A DNA stretch of 64,000 bases from Camelus dromedarius (lineage: Eukaryota): assembly GCF_036321535.1 (NCBI RefSeq), contig NC_087437.1, positions 51,896,001 through 51,960,000 on the forward strand, in the 5' to 3' direction. The notes under the pieces were generated by a model, which was not told the origin of the DNA, did no database searches, and was given only the letters and a program-made list of their open reading frames with translations. Positions 1-12,347 of the stretch are shown here, in pieces. The first letter of the stretch is position 1; each line of letters begins with the position of its first letter. The position numbers and the translations under genes are program-made.

Positions 1-1639
1 GATAGACCTGGGATTTGAACCCAGACAGTCTGATTCCAGAGCCTATGTTCATGGCCACTGAACCAAGGAAGGTGAGCAGGGCTATGGAGGTCCTTCTACA
101 CGGAGGGCCAACAAAAGTCATACTGGCCGGCTGTCTGGGAGTGTGATCTGGATCTGGTTGGAGGGATAGGAGAGGTCGAGTTAAAGGAAAGACACAAACC
201 CCAGGCTGATGAGTTAGGACATTGTTTCAGGCTGGGGAACACTTAAAAGTCAGGGGCATGGACAGAGTCTCTGTCGATCTCAGCCTTCTCCATGCATGTG
301 AAGAACCTGTCCTTGTGTCTGGGACTCTGGGGTTGATCGACCTATCCCAGCCCCCATGAGGGAAGCCCCCAAAGGCTATGGTGATGTGGGTTATTCCTAG
401 GTTACTTCCCCAGAGAACTCTAGCCTGTTTCTTCTCCACAACCCCAGCATGTGAGCAGGGAACTCAAGCCAGAGATGGCCAGTGGGCCCAACCCTGGCCT
501 CACTCTTGTTCCTGCTGGATGCCTGCTGTGCTGGGGGACTGGGCCATCTCCCTTTCTCCATTCAGAGGGCCCCCTGGGAAGGGGACATGCAGCCTCTTGG
601 TAGCTCAACTCTGACTTCTTCCTAATTAGAGGGAGATTGTTTTCTTCTAGCCATGCTCCTTTGTGGTCTGGGTGGGTGTCACCTTCCCAGGCCAGCCCCA
701 TACCTCCATCCAGAGAATCCAGAGACACTTGGAAGAGGGCAACAGCCAAGCCATGGGCTGAGGGAAGATAGTGACTCCCCCACTGTCTGGCCTTGTGCTT
801 TTGTTGGGGGGTAGCTTTTTCTGAAGGAGGATGCTTTGTATCAGAAAACCAAGAGCTGTTCTCTTGAATACCCATGTTCAAGAAACACTTTCTATCCAGC
901 TTTGGAACTTTGGGTCTGGAAGGAAGTGGCACCTAGGGTCCCCCACGACTTATCTCACAGCCAGTGCAGAGCAGCCACCAGCCCCCTCTCCTCTCCTCCC
1001 CAAGGCATCTTAAAACACTCCCTTGAAAGGGCCTCTCGACAGCTCATTACCTTGGCACAACATAGTCATCAAGCATTCTTGCATCCTTGGCCCAGGGAAC
1101 TCTCCTCATATTAGTCCTATAAGGCAGGCAGCTCAGAGAGGATTAGACCCATTTTCCAGATGGCGAAAATGAGGTCACATGGTTGGTGAATCATGCTTGC
1201 CACACTGTTTGATTTCTAGGCAGTGGGATCAGAAGGTAGTCTGGAGGTGGTGGGGGCGGGGCAGGATCTGGATCCGTGAAGCCAAGGAGATGGAATTGGA
1301 AGGATGAGTGATCACAGTTCCTGAAAGTTCTACCTTGAGTCACCTGCTCTTCCCTGACCAAGACACCAGCATCTTCCCCACTGAGTGGTGGTGAATCAGC
1401 TCCAAGTTGCCCTCAGCCTCCTGACTTTCACAGGATCTGACTCAAGGTCTGTTTTAGGTGGGCAGTATCTGTGGAGCCTTCTGGTGTCAGGCCCACATCT
1501 AAACAAGAGGAAACATCTGAGAAATATTCCTGAAAAAAGGACACCATGAACAGCATTCAGGCTACGCAGAGAGAAGAAGTGCGCAGGCTGCGGGCGGTGG
1601 CAGAGCCGCGTGCAGTCACATGGCAGCATCACAACAAGG

Positions 1640-1850
1640 TCCTAGCGTGACTTGAGCACTGCTTCCAAAGAGCTGTGAGCACTTACAGGTTTATTAGGCT
1701 ATTTGACCTCATAAAATCCCACAAATGTGTGGTGATAGTTATTATAACCATTTTATGGATAAGGAAACTGAGGCCTAGAAAGGTGTTAAGTGATGTGCCC
1801 AAGGCCTAACAGCAAGGGAGTGAGGAAGTAGGGCTGGGTCTGCCCAGTTT
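1640..1850. mobile_element. MIR (representative copy)
   Basis: CCATTTTATGGATAAGGAAACTGAGGC core. Further MIR cores lie near 11835, 12750, 14160, 20320, 24350, 25380, 30730, 31150, 32160, 47420, 50150, 58400 and 60980. Confidence 0.8.
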
Positions 1851-2761
1851 CTTGAAGTTTCTCTCGGTGTTTGTGCATGGGACTCCCTTTTGTTGCCTAC
1901 ATTCGTACGAGGCAAGGTGTGGACAGAGGAGGCGACTGGCAGCAGGCTCAGAGAATTTCCCTGCACAAGGTCACTGAGAAACAGTGAGTCAGGCTCCCTT
2001 ACATTGAGGTTAGTTTCCTCTTCACTTCCCCAAACAATTGTTGGGGAGTGAGCTCACTTGTTGTCTATTCTCAGATGAGGAGCTGGGGTATTTGCAGTTT
2101 GCCCCTGAAGGCTTTGATGGTTGTGGTGATCTGAAAAAGAGGCCAGTATTCTTGCCTCAGGACTCCTGCCCTCCTGACCCAGAGGTACCCCAGCCAGGTG
2201 TGGGGTCCTCGCTAGCCCTGTCTGTGGCCACAGCCTCTGCACTGGTTTCCTGACCATCCAATCCTCTCCATGACAGATCTTCCTCCAGCTCTCCCCCACT
2301 CTCAGAAACTATCAGTGGAGTCCCATTCCTTCCAACCTCGGCTTGGCCTTCAAGGCCCCACCCAGTCAGATCCCAAACTGTCTTCCCAGGCTTGGCTCCT
2401 CCTGCCTCGTCCTCCTCTACAAAACCCTGTCTTCAGCCAAGACTGGAGGACTTGTCTAGACATGCTTTGTGTTTTCCCGACTCCCCGGTTGACGGTGACA
2501 TTATTCCCTTGGTCTGGAAAGCCACTTTCATCCTCTCTGCCTGATGGATTTCTATCCATCCTTCAAAACCTGTAACAAGTATGAGCTCCTTCATGACGAC
2601 CTCCTTGATTACACCACCAGGAAATGATCCCTCCCTCCTGGGATTTCTCACTTGGCATGTGGGTCTCCACACAAACAATTCTCTGACTGTGTGTTGTGGC
2701 GATGGTGTAAAGCTTCAGATGTTTGTAAAACTTCAAAGATTACAGAATTCTGCAATACCAC

Positions 2762-2762
<1 letters not shown>

Positions 2763-2822
<60 letters not shown>
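2763..2822. repeat. (TG)30 microsatellite
   Basis: Perfect dinucleotide run read directly. Confidence 0.98.
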
Positions 2823-2824
<2 letters not shown>

Positions 2825-3154
2825 GGTTTGAGACGTGAGCATAGCCATGTAAAGCACCTGAACTCAAATGAGGGATTGAACCTTTACTAGGTTTGGAACA
2901 TGTCAATCACTTCTGCTCTGCCAATGAACAGAGAGCCAGGCGACTCCCTCAGAGGAGAGACAACATTCAATATAAAACCCATAAACACGTGGAGGAAGAA
3001 CAAATAGAGAGAGGAAGGAAGTGGACAGTGTGTACTGATCATTTACCATATTCCAGGCAGAGTTAGGAAATGTCACATGAACAATGAGCTCACGTTAAGG
3101 CTCACAGTAGCTCTTAGAGGTAGGGGTTATTGCCCTGGTTTTGTGGATGTGTGC

Positions 3155-3520
3155 TGTTAAGGGTCGGGGTCTTCAGGAAAGACTCTGAGAGGAAGACTGT
3201 GTGCAGAAGGTTAATTGGGGACTGTTCACAGAATGAGCCCTATAAGGAACTGGGTGGAGGGAGAAGCTGAACAGCATTAGATTGCCGCAAGGCCTCAGCT
3301 GCTCCCGTAGGGCACACTGAAGCTCAGGTGACTCTTCAAAGGTGTTCCCTTATCCAGGCAATGGGGCTGGGTCATTGTACCCCCAGGAAGGGCATAACTT
3401 AGGCAAGACAGCTTTCTTCAGCAGAGGACAGTTCCTGGGGAGGGGCAGCACCCACTGCACGTTCAACTCTGGACTTGAGAGATGCCTGCCCAGTATGCAT
3501 GCAGCACTGCGGGCAAGTGG
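3155..3520 (-). mobile_element. ERVL-type LTR remnant
   Basis: GACTCTGAGAGGAAGACTGTGTGCAGAAGGTTAATTGGG resembles the reverse of an ERVL LTR 3' end. Confidence 0.5.
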
Positions 3521-4959
3521 GAGGATTAGGCGTTGAACTCAGGCCTGTGCTTTGTCCTAAGGCGCTGTGTGGCTTTCAGTCCATCTCAGAAGTCAGCCTG
3601 GTTGCCCTGTGCCCAAGAGGCATCTTCAGGAAGACCATGCCCAGAAAGTCCCTCAAGGAAACCACCCCCCAGAGAATAGTCTCCCTTTTCGGAAGATCTC
3701 AGTGTCAATAGTAGTGAGAAGGCAGGTATTGCTGGTTAGTGAATGATGTTTTCTGATTCTTACACTTTGGAAACTGATGGTGGAATCCAAGAGTGAGATC
3801 CAAAATATTTCACAACTAGGAAAATATCCAGGACAGTCAGAGTGGGTGCTGGCAGCATTCATCCCAGCTGAATATGAATTAGACCTGTTGGGCTCTGGAG
3901 GACAAGACTGCAGCTCTTCCCAAGTGCTATGTGCTGAGAAAGAACCCGGGAAGGGCTTTCTTCAGAAAACAAAGCTGAGAGGGGCAGGTCATCTGATTAA
4001 ACTGAGCATTTGGTTCAGCATCTGAGGTGGAGGTAGTGATCTCTGCTGTAAGCGTCTCCTTTTGCAAGGACCGTGACTTACTCAGGTCTGTATTCTCCCG
4101 TATCTGGCACAGTAAAATTTGTTACATGAAATCCATATGACCCTGGGCAAGACACCACCCTGCCCTGTGCCTCAGTGTCCTTATTTATAAAATGAGAGCT
4201 TTCCAAATCCTGTTTCTCCTTGAAACAGGAGAATCTGGGGAATGATCTCTCTTAGGAGAAAGGAGGTGAGCGGGCTGGGTCCAGGACCCCCTATCTTACT
4301 TTACCCAGAGCAACTCCCCTGGTATTTGTTTATGCTTCCATACGGTTTCACTTAACCCAGCATTCCTCAGCTAAAAACAAAGCCTGGGAACCACCCGGCT
4401 GCAAATGATATCTGAGGTCCCCTGCACACAGCTCTGACGTGTGTGGATATGAGTGAGAGAAAGGACAAGTGAACAAATGAAGGAGTGGATAAACTCTTCA
4501 TGTATCTAGCTAAGGTGGGCCAGACCCTGGCCACACCTGTTCTTGGAGCAGATGGACAGCTGTCCTGGGAAGTTTGGAAATTTACACAGGGCTAGATCAG
4601 AGCTCTCCCAATGTCCCGTCAATTGCAGGAGACTGTCTGTCTCCACCAGGGCCATGGCCATGGCTGAGGCCTCCTCCCTGCAGACACCTCGGATGCCGCC
4701 AGGTCTGGGCTGCCCTTGTCTTTGACTCTCCCAATACGTTGACTCAGCTGAAAGAGATACTGACAACAGCAGCACGAGTCACCGGCAGGTTTGGCAAAGG
4801 AATCACTGGGTTTTCCCAGTGTGTGTCCCGGGGTGTGGCACTAGGTCTGCTTGCTTCAGCTCCCTTCCCTCACAGGGAAATGGCTCCCAATTTTGGTCTT
4901 GTTCTCCCACCCTCCCACCATCCCTCCGTTCCTTCCTCCCTTCCTTTCTTCCTCCAAGG

Positions 4960-5123
4960 CAGTGGTTCTCAGTCTTGACTGTACCTTGGAATGGCCTAGG
5001 GAGACTTAAAAATTACTGATGCCCAGAAATTTTGATTTCTTTGTTTGGGGTGTGGCCTTGGGAATAGGAGTTGAAAAAGCTCCCCAGGTGATTCTAATAT
5101 TCAGTCAAGGTTGAGAACCACTG
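4960..5123. mobile_element. MER5-like hAT-Charlie MITE
   Basis: Perfect 12-bp TIR CAGTGGTTCTCA / TGAGAACCACTG; internal CCCCAGGTGATTCTAAT. Confidence 0.85.
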
Positions 5124-7274
5124 GTCTGAGGACATGGAGTAGGGATCCCAACATCAGTCAAAACCACTTCTAGCCGTGGGTTTCAGATGTGTCTGGTTCT
5201 CAGGTGAACCAGAGCAGCAGATGCTAGATTTGGGGAGCTGTGGGGCACAGGCATCTGTCAGCAGTAGAGGAAGTAAAGGGAAGTGGAGGGCAGTGCATAT
5301 CACCACCCCATGCCCCCCTAACCCAGCAGCTGAGTCCCGGTGGGTAGAGAGGCCTCAAAAGAAGCTGAAAGGGCTGTTTAAATAAAGGGTCCTATGAGAC
5401 TCAGGGAGGTCAGTCCTGTGTGGGCTCCAGGTGAGAGAGTGTGATGGCGTGGGGGCGGGGGCACAGGACACTATGAGGCTCCAGTGCACTGAGCACATCA
5501 GGTGGACAGTGTGGCCCTTTTGAAGGCACTTCAGGACAATGCCCTGGGCACAGGTGACAGCATTCTTACAGGGCATGCCAGCAGCAAGGCCCACCCTGGG
5601 GTGACCATGGTCTGTGCAGCATCAGAGAGCAAACAGCGTGGGGACAATGAAGCTTTGGTGAGATGTGGCAGCCACTCCCAATGACAGTCCTGTTCATGAG
5701 CACATGTGGGGCACCCCCAAGGGGTCCCCCAGATCACAGAGTGAGCCTCCGGCAGGCAGGAGCAAGTAAACTCTGGTCATTTCATTTCCGGAGACACTTG
5801 GATCACAAATATAAGCCACAGACCTGAAACTGGTGGTGGTGGTGGTGTGATAAAGTCCCACAGAAGTGAACCAGAGAAGCAGACGTTTGCAGCCTTCTCT
5901 GAAATGATCCCCTGGTGGGATCAGTCCCCTGAATGGCTTTCACTCCTGTCCTCATCATTCAGTCAGGGTCTTCTCAACTCAAGGCCTTTCTGTGTGTACA
6001 TTCTCACTGTGAATTATTTGCTTTACTTCCTGTGCAAATTCTTTTTCTCTCTCTTTTTAAATCACATTTTCTCCTAAATTAGAAAACCTCTTTAATTGTT
6101 AGCAGGAGCTGAGGTTCTGCTCCTTGCATGGACAATATCATTAAACATTGGAAAATAAACAAACTGGAAAAGTTTAAGACATTTTCAAACCCTTTGCTTC
6201 CCAGAGGGCGTATGGGGCCCTGGGCAGGACAAGGTTCTGCTGGCCTGGGTTTATATTGTGTTGATGACTTGACCCCTCCAGCTGTGAGAAGCCAAACTGA
6301 CAGCAGGGTTGTTTTTACTAAACTTCCCCGGATCGCAAACTTGACTTGGGAGGCATTTGCGCTGATTTGCGCTGGGGTCTCCAGCGACAGCCCGGGCTTC
6401 CTCCGCGGGCAGAGTGCATGATGGGAGTGGGCCAGTGGCTCTCTGGCTGACAGCTGTTGTAAACCATCGCTGTCCTCCAGAGTTACTCCGCAGGGCCGGG
6501 GAGGCGAGGGGAGCCGAGGGGAGCCGTGGGAGGGGGTGGCGTGTGAGAACATTTCTTTCCATCTTGCTGAAATGTGAGTCTAATGAAATGATAATGAGGT
6601 TGTGGCCTTTAAGCTCCATTGAGCTTCTTGTGCATTGTAATTTTACCCAGAGTGGGGCTAGTTTTTGAAATGATTAAAACTATCGATTCCTAGACCTGTG
6701 TGGCTTGAATCGGAATTCATTAGAGGCCCAGAGGTGAGGGGTAAACATTTCTCCCCAGTTCAGCTGGGAAACAGACCCCATCTTGTCTGTCTCCCGCCTG
6801 TCCACCCACCTCTCCAGCAGACCCCTGGCAGCACAACCTGCGGGTGTGGGAACCCCTGGCAGCGCTGGCAGGCAGACAACAAATAGGATCCAGCATCCAC
6901 AGAGTGACAAGTTATGGAAGTCCCAACCATGAGTCCCAGCCTGTTTTCCTGGGACCCCTCCCTATTGCTGGAGGAGGGAGGCGCTCCGTGTTTAGTCTTG
7001 GTCCTATTTTCTTACAAGTAAATGTCTTCTCTTTGAAAAGAAACACACAGAAACACAGAAACCCTCCAAAGTTTGACTCACAAAAATACTGGAAGGAGAA
7101 GCTCCAGCTGGGAGTGGTGGCTGACAGTGTGGCGTGAACTGGGATCTGTCGGGATAGAGGGCTTCTCCCTCTGATTTTCGTTGTCACCACTGTTCTGGTT
7201 CCCGAGAGCATAAGATGAATCTTTTCAAGTTCTCTAGAGCTGAGACAGGCTGGCATCTTAAAAAATAACCTTAC

Positions 7275-8002
7275 TTTGAAAATGGTATGAAGGTTTCTCA
7301 AAAAATTAAAAATAGAACTACCATATGATCCAGCAATTCCCCTTCTGGGTATTTATTCAAAGGAAATGAAACACTAACTCAAAAAGATATATGTACTCCC
7401 ATGTTCACAGTGGCATTATTTATAATAGCCAAGACATGGAAACCACCTAAGTGTTCATTAATGGATAAAGAAAATGTGGTGTGTATGTAAGTATGTGTGT
7501 ATATATATATACACACACATATATATGGTGGAATATTATTCAGCCACCAAAAAGAAGAAAATCTTACCATTTGTGACAACATGGATCTTGAGGGCATTAT
7601 GCTAAGTGAAATAAGTCAGACAGAGAAAGATATATATCATATGACCTCACATATATGTAGAATCTAAAAACAAGCAAAAAACTGAACTGAACAGGGTGAA
7701 GGTGATCAAAAGGTACAAACTTAGTTATAAAATAAGTAGGTCATGGGGATGTAATGTACAGTGTGGTGACTATAGTTAATAATACTGTATCGTGTATTTG
7801 AAAGTTACTAGGAGAGTGGATCTTAAAAGTTCTCACAAGAAAAAAACTGTTTCTGTGAGGTGATGGATGTTAACCAGGCTTATTGTGGTGATCATTTCAC
7901 AATATATACAAATATTGAATCATTGTAATACATCTAAAACTAATATAATGTTAGATGTCCATTAAATCTCAATAAAAATAAAAATAAATAAATAAAAATA
8001 AA
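7275..8002 (+). mobile_element. L1 3' fragment (L1MA-like): ORF2 C-terminus remnant, 3'UTR, A-rich tail
   Basis: AAAAAATTAAAAATAGAACTACCATATGATCCAGCAATTCC, typical L1 3'UTR, (AATAAA)n tail. Confidence 0.9.
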
Positions 8003-11000
8003 GATGGCTGTTTTTCCTAAGTATGATTGTCTTGTTCTACCTTAGCTCCGTTCTTAGCTTAAAGGTGTTCTTGTCTTAAGGGCAGAAGCAATTTATATGC
8101 ACTTGGCCCGACTCCCTGTGTCCATATTAGGGCTGCTATCTTAAAACTGATGGGTCTCCCATCTTAATCTCTTCTCTGACAAGCCTAAGAGATCACACCT
8201 GGGGCTGCCTACTCAAGTGGAAGTTCTGGTCCGAGGTGCAGGCTTTTTCCACAGTAGCCTGGGGGTAGTGTAAATGACTCAAGAAGACACTTGGGGTGCT
8301 GTCCTCCACAAGAGGCAAAGCAGCCTGGCAAAAGTCCCCTTGACTCCCTTTCCCTCCTTTTTTACAGCCTCCCTGGGCAGTCGTGGTCATAAAATGCACA
8401 GCAGTCATGATATTCAGACTGGAGCATCAAAGTCTGCCTTCAAGATCACACACACCATGAGCATGTCCACATTTTGGAAAGGCTGTGATATATTTCCAAT
8501 TTTCCTGCTCACCTTTTACAAGTCAGCATCACTATTCTGAAGCCCTCTTTATAACAGGTGAGTAGGGAGCACTTCCTCTGGCTTTCTAAAGGGTCCCCCA
8601 GACCACATTGCAACAGTCCTTTCACCTTTTTCTCTGTGCATCCCCTACTAGACTGTGGGCTCCTTGAAGGAAGGGCTTGCATTTTATTCCTTTTTGCATC
8701 TCATCACCCAGCACAGTGTCTGGCCCAAAACATAACTGGGCAGATGATTGTTGAGTGAATGAATGAAGGAGAGAATCTATGATGGATATCATTTGATTCT
8801 CAGGACAACCATGTAAGTCAAGCAGGGCAGGAGCATGAGCTCTGATTTCCTGGAGAAGGAAAGAAACAGAGCTCCAGGAGGGTAGGGCCTTGTTTTAAGG
8901 CTGCCTAACTCCTGGAGCCGGCGCCAGGGCTGCAGTGCAGTCTGGTGGTGCAGAGAGGTGTGTGTTTTGCTGCCCACGTTTGCTCTGAGGCTCAAAAGGC
9001 ACCGCGCCATCTCACAGTCTCTCCCAAGGTGCCTCCTACACAGGTGGTTCCCAAGCGGTTCAGATCAAGGTCCCCTTTTATTTTCTCCCCCGCCCCACCC
9101 CCAGCACCTGGGCTTTGAAAGATTAGGCCTAGCAAATGAATTGCAATTATGCAGTAATTATGACTCCATTTTCTCGTTTTTATTAATAAAACACACATGC
9201 GACACGCCACTCAACTTTCAGTGGAGAGAAAACAAGTTTCCCCACCCGGTGAATAGAATTCCACCCAGAGGCAGACAGTTAACAAACCACCTTCTGGGCT
9301 CGGGCGGTTGCGAGGTACTCGACAAGCCCTTCGATGGGCCTCCATCGAGCCGGCTGCTGGCCCTGGGTCTCTGAAGTCAGAGGAGACAGGGGCCATTTCA
9401 GCTGCTCCCAGCTTGCCTTCCCATCCCCGCTGGACTCAGCAGACCCTGACTTCTGGAGAAGCGTTACTGCGATGTGTCAGCTGCTCCGGGAGAGCCCAGA
9501 GTGATGTATTCCAAGACCTGTCAGGAGAAAGGGTTTACGGTCAGTTAGGAACTGTAAACTCCTTCCTGTGGAATTGTCGGTGGAATTTTAATACTCTGTC
9601 TCCCTCTGTCTGGGCACTTCCTTCCACTCTTGGCCCTCTCCTCGATGCATATGGAGCAGGGCTCATGTGTGAGGGTCCCCGGGGAGAGCGCATGGTTTCA
9701 CTCGGTCCAAGTGTCACGGCTGAAAATGAGAGGTGAAGCTCAGACTAGACTCCCACCTTCCCGCCACCCCTGGGCCACGGCAGGGCCCCTGTCTTTCATT
9801 CTTTGGTGCTCCCCTCTCTTCCAAAGCAGGAAGGAGGCCCTGCCCAGGCCTGAAGCCAGCCAAAAAGTGGAACTCTAGCCCGGCTTCTCCTTCCTTCCTT
9901 TATTCAGGCAACAAACACTGAAGGCCTCCCTACGGAGGGCTCTCTGTGTGCGGGGCAGGGAGCAAGGAGCTGGGGCACCAGAGGGTCACTGTCTCCATCC
10001 TCAGGCACCCCTCACTGCTGCTGTTCAATTCTAATCACCCTACAGGAGAAGCAAGCAGGAAAAGGGGGAAAGAGGGGGAAATAAGAGAGAGGAGGTCGCC
10101 AGAGGAAGAGTGTAATCAGGAGTGACCTCAAGAGGAAGTGAATTAGAAAACTATGGTTAGGGAAGCCCACATCGCCCCCTTCCTACAAAATGGCTCTCAG
10201 TCCTCTGCTCCTCCCTCCAGAAAACTTGTCTATCACATCTATGCCAGGAACTCCAAAGCCTATATTTCTTGTCCAAACTTCAGTTTTGAGTGTCAGGCCC
10301 GCTGTGTCCAAAGGCTTTACCTGGAGGTCCCAGAGGAAGCACCTCCCATCAGCAGTTTATCATGTCTGACTTTCTTTTCCTCCTTTCCCACTAGACCAGA
10401 GCAGTCTGAGGCTAGTCCCCATGTCTGGGTTACATCTGTGTCCCTGGCACCCAGTACAGCCCACGGGATGTGTTGGGCATCCAGGAATATTTGTTGAAAA
10501 ATGATCAGTACCACTTCATAGAAGAGGCAGCTTCTACAAGATCGGTTTCCCTTGTTTTCCCCTGAAACACCTCTCATCTGTTTCCCCTCAAGGAAAAACC
10601 ACACCGTGGCTATAACTCTCAAGACTGATGCTCTAGTCAAATCAAAATAAAACTGGTGAGATTTCTTTGTCCCACGGGGAACTCCTTTGACCCATTTGGG
10701 GGTGGAAGAAGGTTGCCAGGACTTGCCTTTGTATCCTAAGTCTTCAAGCCCAGGGCTGGATTTGCATATGTTAATATGGAGAATGTAGCTATTTAATGAG
10801 AAGCAGTGGGCCATGTGGGTGAGCGGAATTCCTCAGAGTATTTTTTTCAGATGTCTTAATTCCCTCTCTTTGTTGTATTTCGGCAGATCCAGGTGTTTGG
10901 ATTGAGTTGGTTCTGGTCTCCACTCCCCTCCCCCAAGCCTCTGAAACCACAGACCTTTCTAGATGCCAGACTCAGCTTTATGTCTGGAGGGTGATGGGGG

Positions 11001-12328
11001 GAAGCACTCTGCCCATCTGAAAACAGCCCCAAGGAGATGGCCTGAGGGAGCTGGGGCCAGGGAGCCCAAGGCCAAGGGCTGGGGGCTGGGGGTGTTCCTG
11101 AGGGGGCTGGGAAGGAGAGGATAGAATTCCAGGGACCAGAACCCTCTACGGAGACAGCCCGCTGGGCTTCCAGCCCTCCATCTGGGTTCCACTAAAAACA
11201 CATTTTACGTGTTTCTGTTGTTCTTAGGTCTGGGTTTATTTCATGGGGAAAATTATAAAGAAACATCTCTGCCTTTATTTCAACAGCAGCTTGTGCTTGG
11301 GCAGATTCTCATCTGTCTGGCTCGTCCTGCCTGGAGGTGAAAGGAGGGGGCTAGGGTGGGGTCCCAGAGAGAAGAGGCCCCAGGAGGCCCTGAGAGACTG
11401 AGGCTCTAGGCTGTGCTTGCTGCCAGGGCCCCGGACCAGCGGGTCTGTCACCGCTGCTCACCTTCTCAGCTGATAACAGTATCAATGCCCGAAGAGGCCC
11501 GTGGTCTGAGGATCAGAGGTGGGGGCCGGGGAAGCACAGGGCAAGGAGAGATCTGCTGACACTGCCCTACTTGGGAAACCTCCACAGACAGAAAGGCAAG
11601 CGATTGTCCTCACAGGTGTTTGAGCCCAGGGCGGCATTCAGCACGTGACCACTGAAGTGAGTCTGGGTTTTGTCCTGATAGGAAGCAGGAGCTAGCAGAT
11701 GAGTCAGGTTCTAACCCAGCCTGGGATTCCCCAAGGTGACCCTAAGCCCTTGACCTTGAATCAGTCCTCACCTCAAAGACACAGAGAATGAAGGTCAGAG
11801 CTAGAAAGGCCCTTGGCCACCAAACCCGGTGCTGCCATTTCACAGGTGAGGAAACTGAGGCCCAGGGAGGGGAAGCTGCTTGCTCAGGTCACACAGCAGG
11901 TCAGTGGGCAGACCAGACCTCCATCCCAGGCCTCGTACTGTCTGGCCCTTTTCTGCCACGCTGCTTGTGAGGGTAGGTGGCCAGATCTCCACCGCGGGGC
12001 CAAGAGCTCTCATAAACACGCCCTTCATGGACTCAGGTGCACGTATGCACACACACCTACACCCTTGGACCTGTCAGCAGAGCTCAGCAGTACTTCCCCT
12101 GCCCTCACCCCCACTCCCAGCACCGCTCCAAGCAGACACAGGGACTCTGAACACCATGATAGATACAGTCCTGTCTCTGCACAGAGCTAGTGTCAGACAC
12201 AAAGAGAGAATTTGCAGCCCAGGCGCAAGGCCCTGGCCTTCACCCACCAGAGAGCAATTCTTACAGAGCTCTCTTCCTCTGAGAAGGGGCCTCTCAATGA
12301 CTCAAGTTGACCTGCTTGCGAAGGGTTT

Positions 12329-12347
12329 GATTGCCCCCTGGTGGCCA
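12329..12347 (-). promoter_or_regulatory. CTCF-like motif
   Basis: Minus strand reads TGGCCACCAGGGGGCAATC versus consensus TGGCCACCAGGGGGCGCTA. Confidence 0.65.

Noticed and set aside
4208..4230. Hairpin TCCTGTTTC-tcctt-GAAACAGGA
   Set aside because: A 9-bp stem is within chance expectation for 64 kb and too short for a pre-miRNA.
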